Shown: piece by piece, positions 9,815 to 18,900 of the stretch
Position numbering within the stretch: position 1 is the stretch's first letter
How the letters are laid out: each line of letters begins with the position of its first letter
From: a bacterium
GTDB lineage: Bacteria > Campylobacterota > Campylobacteria > Campylobacterales > Sulfurovaceae
Reading direction: 5' to 3'
Assembly (NCBI GenBank): GCA_018822805.1
Contig: JAHJJU010000101.1
Span: 1,956 to 65,955 of the forward strand
Length of the DNA: 64,000 nucleotides
Made by a program: the position numbers and the translations under genes
Notes under the pieces: model-generated
What the model saw: only the letters and a program-made list of their open reading frames with translations
Told to the model about the DNA's origin: nothing
Databases searched by the model: none

Positions 9815-9898
9815 TGGTGTATTATAATAAAAAAATAATTTTTAATCATAAAATATTGTATATATATCATGCATTTTGAAATACTCTAATTAAAACAT

Positions 9899-10864
9899 CT
9901 ACGCTATCATATTCTTAGCTAAATTGGTTAAATGATTTTTTATTTGATATCTATTTGAATTGACATAATCGATGCTAACAAATTCAAATTTTGACGCTTT
10001 ATAGACCACCACCACTCCCTCTTTAAAATCATTATTTAACAATTGATCTACAGCATACGTTACAAACTCTATTGCCATCAGTCTGTCATGTACGGTTGGG
10101 TTTCCACCCCTTTGTGTATGCCCTAATATGGTAGCTCGTGTTTCAATACCAACATCCTCTTCGAGCCACTTAACAATATTTTTTGTCTGTTTGGTTCCTT
10201 CGGCTACAATAGCAACAATATAGCGTCGTCCATTTTTCATCTGATTTTTTAATTTTTTTTCTAAACTCTTTAAATTATAAGGCAACTCAGGAATAATACA
10301 TACTTCTGCACCACAAGTTATGGCTGAAACCAAAGCCAAATAGCCACAATCTCTGCCCATCGTTTCAATAACACAGCCTCTTTTAAATGAAGCTGAGGTA
10401 TCTCTTATGGCATCGCTTGCACTCCGTATCATATTTAAAGCCGTATCCACACCAAGGCAATAATCGGTTCCAAATATATCATTGTCTATGGTCGCAGGAA
10501 TACCCACAAACGGCACAGAAAAATCTTTATAAAACTGGTCTAATGCTCTAAAGGAACCATCGCCACCCAAGATGACCAATTTATCAATACCATGTTCTTT
10601 TAGATTGTTATAGGCTTGTTCTCGGTAGTCATACTCAAAAAACCGTTTTGAGCGTGAAGACCGTATTTTTGTACCTCCTTCATGCATGATTCCTGCCACA
10701 TCAGCATGAAAAGCTTTTTTTATATCCCCATCAATTAAACCTTCTAATCCGTCATAAATAAGATAGGGTTGAATATTTTTATAAAAACAGTAATCTACAA
10801 AATGTTTGATAGCAGGATTCATACCTGCACAATCTCCACCGGATGTCAAAATAGCAATAGACAT
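9899..10864 (-). CDS. pfkA: ATP-dependent 6-phosphofructokinase
   Basis: TSGGDCAGMN, GGDGS, PATIDND, ETMGRDCG and LGHTQRGG motifs; start set at MSIAIL. Confidence 0.92.
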   Translation of the reverse strand: MSIAILTSGGDCAGMNPAIKHFVDYCFYKNIQPYLIYDGLEGLIDGDIKKAFHADVAGIMHEGGTKIRSSRSKRFFEYDYREQAYNNLKEHGIDKLVILGGDGSFRALDQFYKDFSVPFVGIPATIDNDIFGTDYCLGVDTALNMIRSASDAIRDTSASFKRGCVIETMGRDCGYLALVSAITCGAEVCIIPELPYNLKSLEKKLKNQMKNGRRYIVAIVAEGTKQTKNIVKWLEEDVGIETRATILGHTQRGGNPTVHDRLMAIEFVTYAVDQLLNNDFKEGVVVVYKASKFEFVSIDYVNSNRYQIKNHLTNLAKNMIA

Positions 10865-11023
10865 GACTTGTAACCTTTTTTTTTTCAAATTATACTATAA
10901 TTAATTATGTTGCCTTATAATAGACAGCAAATAAGAGTAGTGTTAAACTTAATTATGCTATTCTATTATTTAAGTTTTTCTTAAATAATAAAAATAATTT
11001 TAAAATACAAGGAAATTAAGTAA

Positions 11024-12664
11024 ATGTCACTACACCCATACCCATTTCATAAAGATTATAGCAAACCCATTGCCTATTTTTCAATGGAATTCGCCATACA
11101 CCAAGCACTAAAAATATATTCAGGTGGACTTGGATTTTTAGCAGGTTCGCACATGAGAAGTGCTTATGATTTAAAACAAAACATCATCGGTGTGGGAATA
11201 CTTTGGAGTTATGGTTATTACGATCAAGCCAGAGATGAACATAGAAATTTAAAAATAGAGTTTAGACGAAAACATTACTATTTTTTAGAAGATTTAAATA
11301 TTAAAGTAAGTGTCCAAGTGAATGGTAAACCTGTTACAGTCAAAGCCTTTATGCTTCCTGCTGAAACATTTGGTTCAGCACCCCTTATTTTATTGTCAAC
11401 AGATGTTGAAGAAAATGATTATTTATCAAGAACCATTACGCATAAACTCTATGATACCCATGAAGAGACAAGAATCGCTCAAGAAATTGTATTGGGTATA
11501 GGAGGAGTTAAAGTACTTGAAGCACTGGATCATAAAGTTGATATTTATCACATGAATGAAGGTCATGCCCTACCTATGGCATTTGAACTTTATCATAAAT
11601 ATCCAAAATTAAATGCCATAAAAGAGCGCATTCGATTTACAACCCATACGCCGGAAGCTGCCGGAAATGAAATTCATGACATACATCTGTTACAGAAAAT
11701 GGGATTTTTTAACTCTATAGATTTAGAAAAAGTACGAGAACTGACACAAACATATGATGATAATTTTAGTTTAACTGTTGGAGCATTAAGGGTTGCAAAA
11801 ATTGCTAATGCTGTATCGGAAATACATGCTAAAGTAGCGAACAGTATGTGGAATGAGTATCAAAATATTTGTAAAATTATTGCTATAACCAATGCACAAA
11901 ACAAACGCTATTGGGCAGATAAATCCATGTTAAAAGCATTGGAAGAAAATAATAATGCTGAACTGATAGCTAGAAAAAAACACCTTAAACGGGCACTCTT
12001 TAATACCGTAGCCAATCAAACAGGAAAAATGTTTCATCATGATGTTTTAACCATTGTATGGGCAAGAAGATTTGCTGAATATAAACGTCCTGGATTATTA
12101 AAATATGATTTTGAAAGATTTAAAACCTTAATCAATAACACAAAACAACCTGTACAAATCATTTGGGCCGGAAAACCTTACCCTTTTGATACCAATGCGA
12201 TTAATATTTTTAATGAACTTACCTATATCGCTAGAGGTTTTAAAAATATAGCCGTATTAATTGGCTATGAACTTGAACTCTCAATGACCTTAAAAAAAGG
12301 GTGTGATGTTTGGCTCAATACTCCACGCATTACCAGAGAAGCGAGTGGAACAAGTGGTATGACTGCTGCCATGAATGGAGCCATTAACTTCTCCATTGCT
12401 GATGGATGGCACCCTGAGTTTTGTAAAGATAAAATTAACAGTTTCACCATTTTAGGAGCCGATGCTTCCCTTAGTATTGAAGAGCAAGATAAAAATGACA
12501 ATAAAAGCATGATGGACATCCTTGAAAATGAGATTATCCCTACCTATTATAACGATCAAGAAAAATGGATCAATCTAATGAAAAACTCTATGAATGATGT
12601 ATTGTCTCAATTTGACTCGGGTTCAATGGCAGATCAATACTATAAAAAAATGTATACAATTTAA
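11024..12664 (+). CDS. glgP: Short (546 aa) alpha-glucan phosphorylase, GT35 family
   Basis: YFSMEF, YSGGLGFLAG, HMNEGH, FTTHTP, WARRFAEYKR and EASGTSGM motifs; Thr where the PLP lysine normally sits. Confidence 0.88.
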   Translation: MSLHPYPFHKDYSKPIAYFSMEFAIHQALKIYSGGLGFLAGSHMRSAYDLKQNIIGVGILWSYGYYDQARDEHRNLKIEFRRKHYYFLEDLNIKVSVQVNGKPVTVKAFMLPAETFGSAPLILLSTDVEENDYLSRTITHKLYDTHEETRIAQEIVLGIGGVKVLEALDHKVDIYHMNEGHALPMAFELYHKYPKLNAIKERIRFTTHTPEAAGNEIHDIHLLQKMGFFNSIDLEKVRELTQTYDDNFSLTVGALRVAKIANAVSEIHAKVANSMWNEYQNICKIIAITNAQNKRYWADKSMLKALEENNNAELIARKKHLKRALFNTVANQTGKMFHHDVLTIVWARRFAEYKRPGLLKYDFERFKTLINNTKQPVQIIWAGKPYPFDTNAINIFNELTYIARGFKNIAVLIGYELELSMTLKKGCDVWLNTPRITREASGTSGMTAAMNGAINFSIADGWHPEFCKDKINSFTILGADASLSIEEQDKNDNKSMMDILENEIIPTYYNDQEKWINLMKNSMNDVLSQFDSGSMADQYYKKMYTI

Positions 12665-12671
12665 AAGGATC

Positions 12672-13886
12672 ATGATGTTAAGCAATATAGAGTTCATGCA
12701 AAAAGTACAATCGTTAAAACAGATAGATATAAAAGACAAACGCGTTTTAATCAGAGTTGATTTTAATGTGCCTATGGATTCCCATCATGTTATTACCGAT
12801 GATATACGAATCAAAGAAGCACTTCATACCATTAATTACTGTATTGACCATCAAGCCAAATCCATTGTTTTGGTCACCCATTTAGGGCGACCAAAAGGGA
12901 AAGCCAATGATGACTTCTCTTTAAGACACATCATCAAAAGAGTAGAAAGACTTTTAAATAAAAAAGTGACCTTTATAGAAGATTTTATTAATCATAAAGA
13001 TCGTATTTTAGAAAGCAATGAAGGTGAAATTTTTTTATTGGAAAATATACGATTTTATGAGGGTGAAACCAATAATGATGAGACACTCTCCAAAGAGTTG
13101 GCATCCCTATGTGATATATTTGTCAATGATGCCTTTGGTACCAGTCATAGAGCGCATAGTTCAACGGTAGGAATTACAAAATTTGTCCAGACCAATGTGG
13201 CAGGATTCTTACTTAAAAGAGAGATAGATGCCTTTGCAAAAGCACTCTTTAAACCCGTCGCACCCGTATGTTTGGTCATAGGTGGGGCGAAGGTCTCTTC
13301 TAAAATCACCCTATTAAACAATATTATTCCCAAAGTCAATAAGATTATTATAGGAGGAGCCATGAGCAATACCTTTTTAAAAGCCTTGGGCAATGAAATG
13401 CAAAACTCTTTGGTTGAAGATGAGTATCTAGAAGAAGCTCTTAAAATTTTAAACTCTGCAAAACAAGCCAAAGTGAATATCTATCTTCCTGTTGATGTCG
13501 TTATTACCGACAATATTGACCACCCTATTGATACCAAAATCGTACCTGTTCAAGATATTTTAGAAACGTTTACAGCTGTAGACATTGGTCCGGCTACTGT
13601 TAAACTTTTTGAAGAAGCGATTGGACTGTCAAATACCATTGTATGGAATGGACCTATGGGAATTTTTGAGATTGATCGATTTTCAAAAGGCACCTATAGG
13701 ATAGCACATGCCATTGCTGATACTTATGCCTACAGTATTGTTGGTGGAGGCGATACAGCCAGTGCTGCTGATAAAGCTGGAGAAAAAGAGAACATAAGCT
13801 TTATATCAACCGGTGGTGGAGCCAGTCTGGAGCTTCTTGAAGGAAAGATACTTCCGGGATTTGAAAACCTTCAAAAAATCTCATAA
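12672..13886 (+). CDS. pgk: Phosphoglycerate kinase
   Basis: RVDFNVP, THLGRP, LLENIRF, NDAFGTSHRAH, VWNGPMG, GGGDT, STGGGASLE; start after RBS AAAGGA. Confidence 0.96.
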   Translation: MMLSNIEFMQKVQSLKQIDIKDKRVLIRVDFNVPMDSHHVITDDIRIKEALHTINYCIDHQAKSIVLVTHLGRPKGKANDDFSLRHIIKRVERLLNKKVTFIEDFINHKDRILESNEGEIFLLENIRFYEGETNNDETLSKELASLCDIFVNDAFGTSHRAHSSTVGITKFVQTNVAGFLLKREIDAFAKALFKPVAPVCLVIGGAKVSSKITLLNNIIPKVNKIIIGGAMSNTFLKALGNEMQNSLVEDEYLEEALKILNSAKQAKVNIYLPVDVVITDNIDHPIDTKIVPVQDILETFTAVDIGPATVKLFEEAIGLSNTIVWNGPMGIFEIDRFSKGTYRIAHAIADTYAYSIVGGGDTASAADKAGEKENISFISTGGGASLELLEGKILPGFENLQKIS

Positions 13887-13986
13887 AGATTAAAAAACAC
13901 TGTTATTGAATTGTAATTTAAAAAAGATAGAGTTAATAAAAAGTTCCTTTGAAACATTGAGAACTTTTTCTAAATAAGGAGTATGT

Positions 13987-14565
13987 ATGTATATAAAATA
14001 TGTGGGAGAGAAACCTACAATATCACAGCATGGTGTAACGTTTAATCATGCCAAAGAAGATAAATATGTTTATCTAAAAGGTGCCATTCATATACTCCAT
14101 CTCATTGACCCAAAACATAAAAAAGAGTTTGACAATAACATACCCGATAATGAAATTTCAATCATCCTTCAAGAGTATGAGCCAAATATCGAAATAAACA
14201 TTCAAAAAGAGGAACTAAAATATGAAAAAAAACTACAACATGAGATAAAAAATGTTCAACAGAACAATACTTTAAAAGAGATCGAAAAAGAGGTTTGGAT
14301 AAAGAATATAAAATTAATGCAATCCTACAGAATACAAAGAAGCATTAATAAAATTTATTATGAACACGCTATAAAAATCATTGAAAAAGTTATTAAAAAA
14401 GAACAAATTACCAAAATTGTTCTTCCCTTTGATAAATACTATTTTCATCTCTTAAAAAGTATCAAAAGTAAATTAGAAATCGGTCGAAGCTATCTTGATA
14501 GTGATATCAAAATTGAAATGGATCATGACCTCATGATATTAGAATTTAATATAAAGGTAAATTAA
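13987..14565 (+). CDS. Hypothetical protein
   Basis: 192-aa ORF with RBS AAGGAG and genome-like composition; no motif recognised. Confidence 0.65.
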   Translation: MYIKYVGEKPTISQHGVTFNHAKEDKYVYLKGAIHILHLIDPKHKKEFDNNIPDNEISIILQEYEPNIEINIQKEELKYEKKLQHEIKNVQQNNTLKEIEKEVWIKNIKLMQSYRIQRSINKIYYEHAIKIIEKVIKKEQITKIVLPFDKYYFHLLKSIKSKLEIGRSYLDSDIKIEMDHDLMILEFNIKVN

Positions 14566-14567
14566 AA

Positions 14568-15944
14568 GTGAAAAACAAAAAAACAAATATAGTCACAACA
14601 GATATATTGATAATAGGTGCAGGACCTGCCGGAATGGTGGCTGCTATGACAGCGATGCAACATAACCCAAACAAACAGATAACGGTTATACGTTCCTATG
14701 AAAAAAGTCAAGTCCCTTGTGGTATACCCTATGTTTTTGGTACAACATTGGGTTCTGTAGAAAAAAATGCCATGGCTTGTGGAGGTAACCCGGCTGCTGA
14801 TAAAATTGAAAAAATTATAGACACGGTTACCGGTGTTGATATAGAAAAGAAAATGGTAACAGCACTCAATCATAGCATCAACTTTGATAAACTTATTTTT
14901 GCTACAGGTTCAATCCCTTTTGTACATAAAAACTTTCAAGATACAATCAATCTTGACAATGTATTTACCATCAGAAAAGAGTATCATGAAGTTGAAAAAC
15001 TTAAAAATTATTTAGAAAACAGACAAAAAATAATTGTCATTGGTGCTGGTTTTATTGGTGTAGAGATGGCTACAGAGCTTATAAGTAAAGGTAAAGAGGT
15101 GATCCTTGTAAGTGGTGGTCATGTATTGGCCGACTCGTTTGATGAAGATATGGCGCTTAAAGCAGAAGAGATTGTCAAAAACCTTGGAGTTAAATTGGCT
15201 CTAGGGCAACATGCAAATCATATAACACACAAAGATGAAATGGCAACAGGAGTTGAACTCTGTGATGGAACAACTTTAGATGCTGATGTCATTATTTTAG
15301 CAACAGGCTACGAACCCAATACTAGGCTAGCAGCAGAAGCAGGGCTTAAATTGGCTCGATATAAAGGTATCTGGGTTGATGAATACATGAGAACAAGAAA
15401 TAAAGATATTTTTGCCGTGGGTGATTGTTGTGGAAGAAGAGACTTTATTACAAGAGATCCATCTAAAGTAATGTTAGCATCTACTTCAGCATCAGAAGCT
15501 AGAATAGCAGGAGGTTCTCTTTATAAATTAGAACATCTGAAAGGGTTTGATGGAACCATTGCCATCTTCTCAACCATGATAGGTGACCGTGTGTTTGCCT
15601 CTGCAGGGGTTACAGAACAAAGAGCAACTGATGAAAATATTGACTATGTATCAGGATTTTTTGAAAGTATGAACCGACATCCCGGAACCATTCCTGATGC
15701 TTCAAAACAATCGGTAAAACTCATTGCCATGCGAAGCAGTGGTCAGATTATAGGTGGTCAGGTTATAGGAGATAAAGAAGCAGGAGAAATCATTAATATC
15801 CTCGGATTAGCCATAGAATCTAAGCTAACCGTACATTCACTGATTTCACTACAAGTGGCAACGCAGCCTCTGCTTACCTCAGCACCAACGACCTATCCAA
15901 TTGTTATGGCTGCTCAAGCTGTACTTGCAAACAGTCAAAGGTAA
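14568..15944 (+). CDS. FAD-dependent pyridine nucleotide-disulfide oxidoreductase (NADH oxidase / CoA-disulfide reductase-like)
   Basis: GAGPAG FAD motif, single redox Cys in VPCGIPY, GAGFIGVE NAD(P)H motif, IFAVGDC, dimerisation domain; GTG start. Confidence 0.85.
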   Translation: MKNKKTNIVTTDILIIGAGPAGMVAAMTAMQHNPNKQITVIRSYEKSQVPCGIPYVFGTTLGSVEKNAMACGGNPAADKIEKIIDTVTGVDIEKKMVTALNHSINFDKLIFATGSIPFVHKNFQDTINLDNVFTIRKEYHEVEKLKNYLENRQKIIVIGAGFIGVEMATELISKGKEVILVSGGHVLADSFDEDMALKAEEIVKNLGVKLALGQHANHITHKDEMATGVELCDGTTLDADVIILATGYEPNTRLAAEAGLKLARYKGIWVDEYMRTRNKDIFAVGDCCGRRDFITRDPSKVMLASTSASEARIAGGSLYKLEHLKGFDGTIAIFSTMIGDRVFASAGVTEQRATDENIDYVSGFFESMNRHPGTIPDASKQSVKLIAMRSSGQIIGGQVIGDKEAGEIINILGLAIESKLTVHSLISLQVATQPLLTSAPTTYPIVMAAQAVLANSQR

Positions 15945-15969
15945 GGGAGAAACTAAACTCCCTGCCATC

Positions 15970-18900
15970 TTAATAGGGGAACCCTGTTGTCCCGTCTACA
16001 TCCAACGTACTCTTACTTAAAAATGCTCCATAGGTATCATCTGATTTACAGTAGCCATTTGGGGTAGAGACGAAGAACGCTTTAGGTACAGCTGTATAGT
16101 TAAAACTTGCCACTTGATCAGAAGCTTTTTGACTGTACTCTATGCCCATCATGCTTAAATAATCACGGAAATCAAGTCCACTTGCAAAAGAGAAGGAGAC
16201 CAACAACCAGTCATTGTTTCTCATGGCATTAAACTCATCAAGTGTATAAGAATCAAATCCAAGTGAAGCTTTGTTTGCTTCCCAATCAACTTTGGCTTGG
16301 GTTATCTCACGCTCTAAAATATGCAGTCGTGCCAATAAGTGCCAACCATTATCAAGTTTACCCATTTTTTGTGTGTGCATCATTGCTTGAATGGTGACTA
16401 AAACTTGATGTGACCAATTTGAACTTTCCCATAAATTAGTTTTGAGATATTCAGTTGAATTACTTTCAGCTACACTGGATTGAAGCTTTTCAAAGACCTC
16501 TTTAAACGGTAAGTTTTGACAATCAGGCTCACCACCCGTGGTCTCATTGTATTTTGATTTGGTATAATAAGAGTAAGGATTCGTAATTGCATGCAGTTCA
16601 AACCCTTCAAATTTAAAACGTGATTTTTCAAGACCATGACCCAATTCATGTACATCCCCGTGACCTATCGGTGAAAATGCCCAATAGGCATCATAAGGGT
16701 TTCCTGAACAGCCATAACCACAAGTTGCTTGGTCAGCATTCATGTGTTTGACCAAATCTAAATTTTCTATCGTTAAACTGTTTGTCGCTGCAAAGTCATG
16801 AATCTCCTCTACCACATCAATTCCAGGACCTTTAAAACCTGCTAGAACATGAGGAAAATTACTCATATAACGCTGGGTTGCAGCTGCCAATGCCTCTGCT
16901 GTGCCCCATTTAGCATCAGCTACCGATTCACGCATTTTATCTAAAGTAGAGTGAACCTCAAATGCAGAAGTCACTACCTCTGCCCAATCAAAATTTCCTG
17001 CATCAAGTTTTTGGGTAAACGAATCATCATCGGCTGGACTTGCCCAATAAGCGTGTTCTCCTATGTTTTCAAAGGTAAATGAGACGTCTAAATCATTGAT
17101 ATTAAAAGCAATATGCACAGGACCACCATAAGGAGAGGTAAGTTCGATACTCTCTCCTGACCCTATCGTAAACGATGGTGTTTGCAGGAACTTAGGTCGC
17201 TTATAACCATTGCTCTCAAACTCATGGGTTGCTCCTGAACGTAAAGAGTTAATAAAAACTTTGGTTGTAACAGCCGAATTATCATTTCGTGTTACACGCA
17301 TGGTTTGCCCAGGGAGAGCATAGACACCTGTTGAACGGAAGTTCTTTTTGCTGGTCAAATTTACTGTTTTACTGTATGGAGTAATATGAGAAAAGTCACT
17401 TCGGCTAAAATTTCCCATATCTTTTTGAACAGGATTGATAAATCTATAATTATAAACTGCATGGTCACTGTAGTAAGCTTTCATAAACTCATTGTCATCT
17501 GTTGTTGCTTTATCCATGGGGTATGCAACACTCTGTCGGAACCTATCACCAATTAAAACCAAAAGTTTTTGAAGACGATAACCAGTCGATAAAAAAATAT
17601 TTTTCTTACTACCATCTAAACCATTCATCATCTCTCGTACTTTTGTTGCACCTTTTTGAAACTCAGAATTTAACCCTGCTACATCAGCACATTTATCATA
17701 TTGTGAACCGAAAGCTCCGTTACCATCGGTACACTGATTCCAGTCAAAGTTATAGTCTCCATCTTGAAAATGTGTCAACATGGTATCTATCGATGCATAC
17801 CCAAAGCTATTAAAGAGAGCTAATTGCATCTCCTCAATATTTGTCCATAAAGCTGCATCGTTTGCCCAATAGTTTCCTCCGTATGGAAATGAAAATTCAA
17901 ACAGATCAGCAACCACTTGAGACAAACTGTTTTGACCCCAATTATCATGTACGTATAAAATAGATTTGGCTGCAGTTAGCATCTTTGGTAGTACACTACG
18001 CATTGCTTCTGCATCAGCATCTGTACCTGAACGACCTAAAAGAATTAAATCAGCATCACCATAACAACTCTCTAAAGTAGCTTTATCATTACAACTTTTT
18101 AGACTCCAGTTTGGATAGTTTTTTGTTATCCAACGCTCCACAGCACTACTGTCACTTACAAAAGAGAGTGCAACGGTTTTGTCAGTGTTCGTAAGATTCA
18201 TATCGATCGGTTCTTCACCAATCAACCATACAAAGACTCTTTTCATATAGGACTCATACTCCAAGTTTTCATCTCTATCGAAAAAGTAGAGAGGATTAGA
18301 AGCAAAAACAGAAAACCTACCCGCTTCTTTTTGTCCTGCAATAGCCAATACATTGTTCTTATTCCCGTATAAAATAGGGAATGTTTTACTGCCATCTCCA
18401 TACATATTAATAAGTTGAGAGTGATAATTTCCTGAAGTATACGAAATAGAACCATTTTGGTATAGTTGAGACAATAAAGAGTTACCTACTTTTAAACTAC
18501 TGATCTCATCTCTTGCTGCTTGAATTAGCTCCTCTTCGGTAACATTCAGAACAGAACCTGATACAAGTGCTTCTTCAACAGCATTTGCTGTCGTTGCTTG
18601 AATAGTTATTGGTGTTGAGGCACTATTGACTCCATCACTCACAAGCACATCAAAGTGATACTCTTTTCCCCCTAGTGTGCCATTTACCGTAATATTTCCA
18701 TTATTATCAATCGTAAAGGGAACATCGCCCACAATAGAGTAAATTAAACTATCACCTTGATAATCCAAAGCCTCAATAGTTGCTACTTCAGTACCATTGG
18801 CTGTTGTGCCTTGAATTAAATAGTTACTCTCATGAGTTTTAAACTCAGGTCTATCTGACAAAACACCATAAACCTCAACTTCAGCAACATGAAGACAATT

